From: Paraspadella gotoi
Lineage: Eukaryota > Animalia > Chaetognatha
Direction: 5' to 3'
NCBI GenBank assembly: GCA_051294375.1
Contig: CM119267.1
Span: 16,546,835-16,610,683, forward strand
DNA length: 63,849 nt
The notes under the pieces are model-generated. The model had not been told where the DNA came from. It ran no database searches and worked only from the letters and a program-made list of their open reading frames with translations. Positions within the stretch are counted from its first letter, which is position 1, and the number at the start of each line of letters is the position of its first letter. Made by a program: the position numbers and the translations under genes. Of the stretch, positions 1-12,289 are shown piece by piece.

Positions 1-369
1 AGGTACGGCGATCGTCAGAGGCAGAGTCCTCGACGAGAGAGAAGATATATCCAGACCATATTTTTTTTTGGTCATATTCAACGGTTTACTGCGTCACCTC
101 CATGAATTCCCTCCGTGCGGTTGTATATTTCACAGGACGCCGGACATCGTCGTTATCCCTTGTCGTCGTCGTCTCTGATTTTGAGCGGTATCTAATGCTT
201 CCGTAACATATCGTTGAGTTTTTTGACATCTCCGTTGCTTTCGTGTAAAAATTTTATGTCTTTCTAACGAGTTCTATATCAAGAGAGGCAGATATAAATA
301 GTTAGCGAAAATTCCTATGAGCAATAGTGAATTGTTTTAACAATAATTTTATATTATAATTCACCTCTC

Positions 370-2400
370 AAACAAAGAGTCCCATCATTATGTCCATGAC
401 CTTCGCAATTATCACACTCCGAATCGCCACGGGCCGAACCAGCTACTCACGCAATCTAACATCCGTTAGCCTCTATCTGCCGTCTCGTCACCTTTCCCGA
501 CAAGAACGTCACTCCTGTCGCTCCGTCCTAACACCCCATTTTCACGCAATTGACCGATATTGTAACTGATACTGATCACGGATTCGATAGAGTCCGCTGC
601 ATTTTCTCGATTCGGCGCAGATTTCTTCAAATTTACGAGGATTTTTTTCGCCTCGTTCGCTGAGTCAAGCGTCGACGCCAGTTTACGACATCGAGGGTGT
701 TTGAAATTCCAAACGCTCCGCGAAAACATAAAATCTTCCAACCAATGCCTAAACTCGATCCAGCTTCTGAGTCTTTCGAATTCTGCGTTCTCATACTTCC
801 CTGGACACTCGACCGGGCCATTTTTGTCATCCTCGAAACCAAGAATACTGACAATACCAACTTTGAGCCGGTATCACTCTCAAGCCATTGTCATTCCCGT
901 AAGTTTCTCGATCCAATCACCAAGCTTTATCCTTTACAAATCTTTTTCATTAACAGTAGAGTCAGACTTCAACTTATTTCAATTCTTTCAAGATCAATGA
1001 CCTCAAGTCCTGCCTCCTTTGTCATTGGCCAATCATTTATTACTCTCGCTCAGTCTCACTTTCCTATCCTCTTGCCATCTCATGTTACAACATTTTTAAC
1101 TCTTTATCTAGTCAAGCGGTCTGTCTCAGGTCGAGCGCTGTTGTTTTAATTTCTCCGAATCGAGGGGACGATATTTTTGCGCGAAAGGAGACCGAGCGAT
1201 AACGTATATGAAGCGTACTACACGTTGGTCCGACGAAGAGCAAGATACTATACGACAGCGCTTCCGGAATACTGTTCTTTTTCCTCATCTCAGACCTACT
1301 TTTCGTCCGTTGCGCGGGAGAGTTATATTCTACTTCAAGAATAGAGTATCAACTCACCTATCTCTGTCTCCAGCAATTCCGGCAGATACACAACTCCAAC
1401 TACCGGGCGTCTCCCGACCCTCTCATCACATAAGTCGAACAGACGAAAATCCCTATCACCTCGGAATTGTGAAATAGAAATCAAAGCTCCAATTCGATCG
1501 CGAAAGAGAAAAAAAATAAAGCTTCGTAGCGAACGCATTTACGACATCTGAGACGCGTAGAATCATCAGAAGTTATAGAATCAGCAGCATCGAGGGAAAC
1601 TGCGCATCTTCAACTGAAAACCGGGATGTTTCACCAGCCCGCAATCACGAACATATTCCTCTTAAAAAGTCAGTTTTCATCCTTAGAAAACTGAAATCAC
1701 ACAGTCCCTCCAATCCGATCGACCCCAGGCTGACGCGTGAGGTGATTAGCGCCCCTCAGCGTCGCACAAAGCCTAATATTAACTGCAACGACGAGATATC
1801 GCGTAGAACTTTCCCTGGGAACCAAAACACAACCGGCGTTATTCAATCAGTTTCAGTCGCCTAGATTTCATTAATAAACCACACTCTCTCGAGGAACACA
1901 ATCGGAGTTTTCGTTAAAAACAGAGATACAGATATATAGAGAGCGAGGACTTGCTTGACAACGTTTTGATATAAGTAAAAGTAGATAAATATGAACGGTC
2001 GAAAGAAATTGGCTGTTGGCGTGCCACCTATGGCTGCGTTAATCGACACCATCCGCCTGACGAACGTGCAGCCCACCGCTCTTCAAGACTCATACGCAGT
2101 GCAGAGCTCTATCTGTTTAAAAAAGAGATACTGAGGTCTATGAGACTATTCGATATTTCATACGGCGACGTGACAGTAATGACGCACTCCGCCTCTGGCG
2201 GCGATGAAACATAGCAGGAAGAATGTTCTGATAAGTGTAACATTGCTTTCCAGAAAACGCACATGAAGAATCTACATTCTGTTTCATAAAATGTCTTGTG
2301 CGTGTAAACTAATTATTTTGGTGAGTCCAGAGGCAAGCACATTCTCACGGCGGCCACGCCAGCTGCTTTGACGAAGCTCTCCGCATTAACTTCGTGCGCA
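370..2400 (-). mobile_element. Degenerate, frameshifted L1/Tx1-type non-LTR retrotransposon ORF2 (reverse transcriptase plus C-terminal Cys/His zinc-binding region)
   Basis: Manual minus-strand translation across frameshifts gives RT motifs in the correct order, with spacing inflated roughly 20-50%: D(Y)KIIS ~2308-2328, FDR 1995-2003, G.VR..G..LSP ~1740-1773, SL-DAAD (degenerate YADD box) ~1575-1597, GA.....SEVIG ~1450-1490, YL(G)I ~1375-1390, ARVINDWPMTKEAGLEVIDLE (LP.K.GGLG..DL-like) ~985-1050, TADR(L) ~468-485, ECDNC...SLFE ~370-420. Confidence 0.65.
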
Positions 2401-3599
2401 AAGTACACGGATCTCGTTTCGATGACGCAAATGGAGCCGGCCGTCAGCGCCCTGACCCAGTGGCGCGGAGGACGGACGCCCACGAATCTTGAAGAAGAGG
2501 CGCCGAGCTCTAGTTTTGTATCGGAAATATCTGTCAGCGTATATCATCGAACGCTGCGAGTCTACGAAGAGAAACAAAAGCACAGAGATATTGTATGGTG
2601 AAAGACAGAAAGAGAGAGACTGAGAAGAATTTCCGAAGCCGACGACGTCGAAGATGCCAGAAAAAACAGATCTAAGACCTAAACTCACAGAGACTGCTGA
2701 CAGAGCAAGGAATAATTAACTCCTTCGCGTCTATGACAGAATATTTTGCTTCGTCGGCGTTGAAGACACTTTTACGACATTAAAATCTTCTAAATTACAG
2801 TCGTCACAAGACACTGTAAAGAGAAAGCAGGAGATGTATTGAATGAAGTAAAAACTGTGAAAACAGGGCAGGTAAAAGGAAAGTGGAAACGGAAGAAAAA
2901 TTCTAATTGAGAGAGAAAATCGGGTTCCTGCGTCCCAGATTTAAAGAGATTCTCTTCTCCGAGGAGAGTCCGAAAAACGGAAAGACATCAATTTTTTTGG
3001 TGTAATTGATCGCGGAATTCTCCCTCGCGGTTCGAGCTGGTTATATTATAGTCGGAGGGAGAGATTGAGCGGTAAATGTTGATGTGAAAAAAGATAAGAA
3101 GAGAGGGGGGAGAGAGAGAAAAAAGGTAGCAAGAGGGAGATCGATAAATGAAAAGTTAAAAGAGAAGCGTGGAAGGAGCGATAGAAAGGGATAAGGCGCG
3201 AAAGAGATTGCTGAGACAGAAAGTGAATGAATAATGATAAAATAAGAGATAAGTATGTTTTTTGGTATATAAAAAAAAAATATATCAAGGAAAGGCTCGA
3301 AAGAGGAGTATGTAAAAACTAGGACAAGGAACAATGCGAAAAGTCGAGAAAAAGTTAGAAGATGATAAGTAGAAGAAACATTAAAAGGAAAAGAAAGTAA
3401 AAAAAAAATAAATAGGAGAAAATAGAAAAGTCGTTCGATGGAGAAGATGATAAATTCCGAAACGAAGAGTGAAAAGGAGGAAGGATGGAGTAGATGATCG
3501 AGTGGCGGGAGTGGCCATTGATGGCAGGACGACGATGCCGTCGACGAAAAGAAACTGTGAGCGAAAAGATTGAGAGAGGAACTCCGGAGTGAAGCCGAG

Positions 3600-3945
3600 G
3601 TTGAGGAGTCAGGCCTGACGTTTGATTAGCGACGACAGAAACTTACCTGGAGCAAACAGGAGGATTGATCGCGCGGAAATGAAGCGAACGCGAACAAATA
3701 GATTTCGTTGTCAAGACGTCGCTGAAGAACATCTGGCGGCCACTGCCACATACTCAACGGAACTTAACGGCCAGCAGAGATCCGGGGGACGATCTAGCCG
3801 TAAACATTCCTGGGCAACCGACGAAAGCCAAGACATCCGGGGACGACGTCCGCCGAACATACCGTGCCGACCTTCATGCGCGTCAAATGCGGCGAATGTT
3901 CATCAAGAAGAACGACGACTTTGGACCAATGAAGACGACGAAGAC
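3600..3945 (+). mobile_element. Possible APE-type endonuclease remnant of a non-LTR element
   Basis: TW (acctgg ~3645) followed by RRIDR (~3658-3672), then EHLAA (~3727-3741) about where SDH.AV is expected. Heavily degenerate and frameshifted. Confidence 0.3.
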
Positions 3946-5429
3946 GGGCATATACTCTCAGTTGGGGACTGTCTCAAGGCAACAGGTGCAAGATAGAACT
4001 AGACGAGAGAGAGAGAGAGAGAGGAGAGATGAGGAGAGAGAGATGAGAGAGAAATAAAAAGCATTGAACGCCCAGAAGGTTCAACTTAGATATTTCATCG
4101 ATTTTTGGTCAGATCCATATTAATCCCATATCCTTTATTTCAACTAATTTAAATGAATACATAAATCGCATTTCTAGTCTTTGAAATATCTCGGAAGTGC
4201 TATCAGGCAACAGATCACCGATCTATATGTTATTACTTTTGTGCTCGGTCGTCGTCGATTCCTTCATCGTGAATTATGATTAAAATTAAATCATTGTGTA
4301 TATTTTTATCATATTTCTTTCGAGCATTATGATATGAGGAGCAATATAAGAGATTCTACAGTTTGAAGTAGTAGAGACATGTACGGAATAGTTTATTCGT
4401 TAAAATTCCTAGTCATCTGTGATAACATTAATCAAAAAAAAGTGTATGTCTATGTCTCGTCCAAACCACCCGTCCCGTCCGTCCCCCTACTCATAGTTCC
4501 CTCCGTCGGCACCCTCTGTCTGTACCGTCCACTTAGAAAAACTCAATTATGTACTAGATAATAGTGTATAACTCTTCGGAGTGAGAATGAACACAGTAAA
4601 TTCTTTGAGTAATGTGGAATGTGTGATGTAAGTACTGTCATTATATGACGTCTTTCGCATCTGGAATCATTCGCTCGTATTCGGTACAACAGTTTATTAT
4701 GGAACAATATTCTGCACTTTACACTATTTAAGCACGAACTCATATTAACTCTATTTTTTACAGGGATCTGGGGAATTTTTTATATCATGAAATTTTTATG
4801 TGTGGTAGGACAAAATGTATTATTGGAAATTGTATGATTGAGGCAAATGACTATTTTTCTCTATTATTACACAACTATTATGTTTATTTATTTTAATATA
4901 TAATGGTAAATAAATAAAATAGTTATCTGATTTCGAGTCTAGAGAATCATTTTATTATATATCAATTATTAATGTAATTTGTTTATATTTAAAGATCATT
5001 AGAAATAGAAGAGCTACGCACTAGAGTCAATCCACGAGTCAATGTCAATCCGTTCATGGTATTATTTTCACTGTCGCTCTCCGATCGTGCGTGTGTAGTA
5101 GCAAGAGTACAGTGAGTAACATATATAATCAAACTGTCAGTGGGCGAAGAACACACAAAGCAAAACAATACTATAATATAAATTTTATCGAGCGTTTTAT
5201 AGGATCGTTCCAAGATCCGACAAAACTTTCTCAACTTTTAACACCTCTCTCTCTCTCATCATCTCCTTCTCTCTCATCGTCCCTCTTTTTCTCTCGTTCT
5301 TCTCTCTCCGCTACAGCCCTCCTCCGCCATATCTCTTCGCTTCTTCTCTCTCCTCTCTTCTCCTCACGTCTGTTTCTCTCTCTCTTCTCTCTCTCTCCTC
5401 TCTCTTCTCTCACCTTCCGTTCCACGCGT

Positions 5430-6340
5430 TAGCTGCTTATGATTATTTTTTTTTTTCCGAGGCAACGAAATCTCTGGTTTTTTTCCTAACCGAATCTTCC
5501 GCAAAAACATAAATTTGGTCCTCTCCTCCAGGAGGGGCAGAAGGTTTCTCGCAAAGGAAACGGGCTCTCAATACAACGCGGTAGCGAAAGAAGATGAATT
5601 CTTCTCTACTTATTCATTAATTATTGGATAAGGGTAGAGTTTTAATTATCTTTTTATAATCGTTAGTTCTCATTTTCATCTTTAGCTGCTTTCCACTGGT
5701 TTATATCATCTGAGAGAGTTCTATTGTCGAAATCTTGAAGGGTTCTTCAATGTTTATTCTATGGCAAAAGGAAATGGAAGCCCTTACCAACCATCGCCTG
5801 TCAAAAGTCACAGGGACCACGATTGGTTTATGATTAAATGATGAATGGAATAATTTTTTTAGCGTTTTAATATAAATCTTTCATGCGCAATATTCCCTTG
5901 TAATTGAAGCAGAATTTTAGAATTAATTCAGTACCAAACGTTCTTCCCTTGTTAATGATTCTCGCTACGTCTTGAAACTTTTCGAGGAATAACTTTCCCT
6001 GCCCTTGGCTCAATCTTTAAAAATAGTAGGGCTCTTAATCTTTCCCACTCCATCGATCAGGAAATTCCGACTGCTTTAGCCTTTTCTCTCGCCCTTTTTC
6101 CTTTCCCCCATTCGATATAATTTGTTTAAATCCTCGTTTAAAAATTGTATTGGCTTTATTAATCAAATATCCGTAAACTGATTGCGAAAAAAAATTCTCG
6201 AGCAGCAACTTTGTTTTTAACGACTCTTTGGGGGAAAAAGAAGAGAGAGGGAAGAAGAAGAGAGAGAGAGGAGAAAAGAATAAGAAAAAAAGAATAAAAG
6301 TTATAAATAAAAAGAAAAAGAAGAAGGAAAAAAAATGTGA

Positions 6341-6397
<57 letters not shown>

Positions 6398-8197
6398 TAG
6401 AGAGAAGAGAAGAGAGAGAGAAAGATTTTTACGTTTTACTTTTTTCCTCCCCTCGCATTCACACTGGCTGCACGCAATCTTTTTTCTCCTTCTTCCCTCG
6501 GACTTTTCTGTTACCGCATTTGCGGGGCTGCGTAACACGCAAACCCCCCCTCTCTCTCTCTGTTCTCTCTCTCTCTCTCATCTCTCTCTCCCTCTCCTTC
6601 TCTCCCCGCCCTCGATCAACGTCGTTCGTGGCCCCCGCCATCTCTTCTCCTCGTCACTCTCTCGTCTCGCCTCTCTGCACACCGCGAACATATTCCATCG
6701 CAAATGGGGCTCCATTATTTAAGATGGGGATTAAGGAGTGACTGTGGAAATGGGATGCACAAAAAAAAAAAAAAGGAAGGGAAGGGATACAGGAATAAGC
6801 AGACGCGGATTTGTTTTTTTCGCCGCGAGAAGCCGACTAATGGCGGGCGGAAGAAAAAGAGAAGCGCAAATCGAGCAACGTCTCTTGTATGTATTATGGA
6901 CGCATGTTATTGCGGCGGCGGTGTGCGGTACGGAATCGAAGACCTCTACTGGATTTTGCTTGTTTCTAAGGGAGGGGGGGGAGGGGAGAGGAAAGGGGGG
7001 GGGGAAGAGAACGATGTATATTTATCGAGGGCGAGGAGGATCAGTCTTGTGTCATTCGCCTTTTAAAGATATGAGAGCCGAGTCCGAATGACACGGTTAA
7101 ATGGAGTGACAAATGAATAGAATCGCCTTTGAATCGGGGAGGAGATGGCCGGAAAGAGAGTGAAAGGGTAGTTGTCGTTGTTTGTTGTTGCTGTTGTCGT
7201 CGGGTCGTCGTCGTCGTCCATGGCCGTTGGTCAATTTACTTCGGACAAAAACGCTAAAGCGTTAACAAGCTCAGCTGGGAAAGCGGTCTCTCTGAAACGC
7301 CGATAATCCACATTTGCATATGCGCAGTAATGGAATCGGTTGTTGCTGGAATCATTAATATTTTATTATATAAAATTTATTAATTTATTGAATAAACGTA
7401 TGAATTAATTTGTTGAAGAAAATTTTATGATCAGGTGTTCTCTTATATTGGAATTTGGACGGAGAAGGTATAGAATTTGTAGAATTAATTACTTGATGAG
7501 GGGACAGACGGCTCGACCTATATTTTTTGATTCTAGTCTCCTCTGACGGCCACAGATGTAAAAAGCGCCGAAAGGAAATAGACCAAAAAAGAGAAAAATA
7601 TAAGCTGCAATGAGGTAATAAGGAGATAAAGAAAGAAAAAACCGGATTAAAAATAAAAAAAATCAAGTTAAGAAACAGAGCGTAATGAAGAAAATAAAAT
7701 GGAACATTTCGAGGAAATGAAAAGTTGAACATTAGAGAGAAAAAAATCCGTGATTAGTAGGAAGTTAAGAAAATAAAGAAATAAAATAAAATAGATAAGA
7801 AAAAGAGGTAATTAGAAGGAAAGTTTTAAAAAAAATAAGGTAAGAAAATGAAATCCGAAATAAATGAACTGCGGAGGAAAAGCGAGAAAAGGGAGAACAA
7901 AGTTCCAAGAATTTCTCTTCTGCGGTCTCTTCTCTTCTCTCATGCCCTCCTTCTCTTCCTTCTTCCTCTCCCATCCCTCTCCTCCTCTCTCTCCTTCCAT
8001 CTCCTCTCTCTCCTCTCCTCTTCTCTCTCTCTCCTCATTTCTTGCTCTCTCGTCTCGTCTTCTCCTTGCCTTCCTCTCTCGTCTCCTCTTCGTCTCTCTC
8101 TCTCTCTCTCTCTCCTCTGTCTCACTTCTCATTTCAACATTCCACAATTTGCAGTCCTGTCTCTCTCTCGCTCTTTTTTTTTCCCCGACTGAAAACG

Positions 8198-8233
<36 letters not shown>

Positions 8234-9741
8234 GCAGAAATTCTTGGAACTTGTCTCCTTTTTCTCGTTTTCCTCCGCAAGTCATTTATTCTGATTTCAT
8301 TTTCTTATTTTTATTTATAACTTTCCTTCTAATTACCTCTTTTTTCTTATTATTTTTATTGTTATTTCTTTTTTTCTTTAACTTTCGCTACTTAATTCAC
8401 TGGATTTTTTTTTCTCTCTAATGTTCAACTTTTCTTTCCTCGAAATGTTTCCATTTTATTTCTTTCATTACGTCTCTGTTCTTAACGTGATTTTTTTTAT
8501 TATTTTAATCCGTTTCATTTTTATCTCTTTATTACCTTCATTGCAGCTTATTTCTTCTTTTTTTTGGTCGCTTTTTACATTTGTGGCCTGTTCAGAGGCT
8601 GAGACTAGAATCAAAAATATTAGGTCGGTCTGTCCCTCATCAAGTATATATATTTTCTACAATTCTATTACCTTCTCCGTCCAAATTCCAATATAAGAGA
8701 ACACCTGATCATAAAATTTTCTTCAACAAATTAATTCATACGTTTATTCAATAAATTAATAAATTTTATATAATAAAATATTAATGATTCCAGCAACAAC
8801 CGATTCCATTACTGCGCATATGCAAATGTGGATTATCGGCGTTTCAGAGAGACCGCTTTCCCAGCTGAGCTTGTTAACGCTTTAGCGTTTTTGTCCGAAG
8901 TAAATTGACCAACGGCCATGGACGACGACGACGACCCGACGACAACAGCAACAACAAACAACGACAACTACCCTTTCACTCTCTTTCCGGCCATCTCCTC
9001 CCCGATTCAAAGGCGATTCTATTCATTTGTCACTCCATTTAACCGTGTCATTCGGACTCGGCTCTCATATCTTTAAAAGGCGAATGACACAAGACTGATC
9101 CTCCTCGCCCTCGATAAATATACATCGTTCTCTTCCCCCCCCCCTTTCCTCTCCCCTCCCCCCCCTCCCTTAGAAACAAGCAAAATCCAGTAGAGGTCTT
9201 CGATTCCGTACCGCACACCGCCGCCGCAATAACATGCGTCCATAATACATACAAGAGACGTTGCTCGATTTGCGCTTCTCTTTTTCTTCCGCCCGCCATT
9301 AGTCGGCTTCTCGCGGCGAAAAAAACAAATCCGCGTCTGCTTATTCCTGTATCCCTTCCCTTCCTTTTTTTTTTTTTTGTGCATCCCATTTCCACAGTCA
9401 CTCCTTAATCCCCATCTTAAATAATGGAGCCCCATTTGCGATGGAATATGTTCGCGGTGTGCAGAGAGGCGAGACGAGAGAGTGACGAGGAGAAGAGATG
9501 GCGGGGGCCACGAACGACGTTGATCGAGGGCGGGGAGAGAAGGAGAGGGAGAGAGAGATGAGAGAGAGAGAGAGAACAGAGAGAGAGAGGGGGGGTTTGC
9601 GTGTTACGCAGCCCCGCAAATGCGGTAACAGAAAAGTCCGAGGGAAGAAGGAGAAAAAAGATTGCGTGCAGCCAGTGTGAATGCGAGGGGAGGAAAAAAG
9701 TAAAACGTAAAAATCTTTCTCTCTCTCTTCTCTTCTCTCTA

Positions 9742-9798
<57 letters not shown>

Positions 9799-10656
9799 TC
9801 ACATTTTTTTTCCTTCTTCTTTTTCTTTTTATTTATAACTTTTATTCTTTTTTTCTTATTCTTTTCTCCTCTCTCTCTCTTCTTCTTCCCTCTCTCTTCT
9901 TTTTCCCCCAAAGAGTCGTTAAAAACAAAGTTGCTGCTCGAGAATTTTTTTTCGCAATCAGTTTACGGATATTTGATTAATAAAGCCAATAAATTAAACG
10001 AGGATTTAAACAAATTATATCGAAGGGAAAAAGGGGCGAGAAAAGGCTAAAGCAGTCGAATCCTGATCGATGGAGTGGGGAAAGATTAAGAGCCTATTTT
10101 TAAAGTTGAGCCAAGCAGGGAAGTTTTCTCGAAAAGCTTCAAGACGTAGCGAGAATCATAACAAGGGAAGAACGTTTGGGTGACTGATTAATTCTAAATT
10201 CTGCTCATTTACAAGGAATATTGCATGAAGATATTATATATAAAAGCCTAAAAATTATTCATTCATTTAATAATAAAGCAATCTGGCCCCTGACTTTTGA
10301 CAGGCGATGGTTGGTAAGGGCTTCCATTCCTTTTGCCATAGAATAACATTGAAGAACCCTTCAAGATTTCGATCAATAACTCTCTCAGATGATATTAACC
10401 AGGGAAGCAGCTAAAAGATGAAAATGAGAACTAACGATTATATATAAAGATAATTAAACTCTACCCCTTTATGCAATATTAATGGAAGTAAGAGAAGAAT
10501 TCATCTTTCGCTACGCGTTGTATGAGCCTCGTTTCCTTTGCGAGAAAGCCTTCTCGCCTCCTGGAGGGCAGAGGACCAAATTTATTGTTTTTGCGGAAGA
10601 TTCGTTAGAAAAACCAGAGATTTCGTTGCCTCGAAAAAAAAATAATCATAAGCAGG
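5430..10656. repeat. Large inverted repeat (fold-back); arms ~5430-7925 and ~8230-10656, spacer ~7925-8230
   Basis: Identical mirror ORFs: 6228-6722(+) = 9417-9911(-) and 6738-7091(+) = 9048-9401(-), coordinate sum 16139 in both. Outer ends also match (gcttatgattatttt ~5434 vs aaaaataatcataagc ~10640) with indel noise. Confidence 0.97.
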
Positions 10657-12086
10657 NNNNNNNNNNNNNNNNNNNNNNNNNNNNNNNNNNNNNNNNNNNN
10701 NNNNNNNNNNNNNNNNNNNNNNNNNNNNNNNNNNNNNNNNNNNNNNNNNNNNNNNNNNNNNNNNNNNNNNNNNNNNNNNNNNNNNNNNNNNNNNNNNNNN
10801 NNNNNNNNNNNNNNNNNNNNNNNNNNNNNNNNNNNNNNNNNNNNNNNNNNAATAATAATATTTCTTTTTCCGTTTATTTTTTTTTCTTTTCCTCTCAGAA
10901 TCGATGAAAAGAAAACAAGCGGCTCGAGCCTCTAGTCAAGAGATAAAAAACGCGAATCGATTTTTTTTTTAGAATAATAATAAAAAAGTAATAATACATT
11001 TTGCATAAATAGAAATAAACGATTGTGCGAAGGGAGAAAAAAGAGAGAAGAATAAAGTAACGAATTTCGCCTCGAGACGAAATTTGCGTGCGGATTATGA
11101 GTAAACGATTTAAATCGACTTCAATGTTGAAATTTTGTTTTATTGTGATAAAAACTATATAACAAAAAAAACCTTTCGCCGTTCGGGAGTAATACTTGGC
11201 ACCGATTTAAAAAAACATACTTTTTATTTACACTTTCTGCGGTCGTTGAATTTTTTTTTTCTATAATCAAAAGCCCAAACACTGGGAGAAAAAAAAATTT
11301 TGATCCGAGAAAACAAAAACAATGGCTAAGAATCTTAGTAAGATTAATCACAAAATTTGTTTACATATGACGAGGAAAGAAGTAATGAAAAGTCTAAGAA
11401 AGCAAAATTGAAAGAGGAGGAGAAATATCTTGACGACGGAAGTAGATTTCGCAAAAACGTGTAATCGCAGAAAAGTGAAAAAAAAAAAAAACTCGGAGCA
11501 AACTCACGAATCGCGCTTCAAAAACAAAGAAATTTTTTGAAAGGATTTTTTAAAGTTTTATATATATATTTTTTTAAACAATCGCGAGTCGTACTTGATT
11601 TATGAAAAAGGAACAGCAATTTTTCGATATATATTTTCAATTTTTAAAAATTTATTTATTTTTTTTTCTCGATTGTCTCCGCCGAGTTTAAAAAATAAAA
11701 TAATACGTTTTTTTTTAGTAATCGCAACACCAGATGTTATGAGGTTTTTTTTCTGTCTCTTTTGTTTGTGTTTTTTTTTTCTCCCTTTTTCTGTCGCTTC
11801 CTTTCTCGTTTTTAATCCGATAGAGGTCATTGAGGGCGACGATGCGACGATCCGAAATATATATGAATTCGATGAACGTATATATCTGACAAAGAAGCGA
11901 CGAATGAGAAGATACTGGAAAAAGAATAAATGGACGGATGGACGAACGGATGGATAGATGGATGGATAGATGGACTCTCTTGAATTCTTTCGATTTTTAT
12001 CGCGACGATGACGGAAGAGATAAATTTACGAAGCGAAATGTCTGATAACAAATAGGAAAAGGCTGAATTCGATAAATGGTATCTCA

Positions 12087-12198
<112 letters not shown>

Positions 12199-12289
12199 TT
12201 TTTTCCTTTTTTCTCTCCGTCTCTTTCATTTTAGTTAATTCCTATTACGAAATACGAAATTATTTAAACTAAGTGATCTTTTTATATCA

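Noticed and set aside
6228-9911. Identical ORF pairs on opposite strands suggesting duplicated genes
   Set aside because: They are a consequence of the inverted repeat, and the peptides are microsatellite-derived or unrecognisable.
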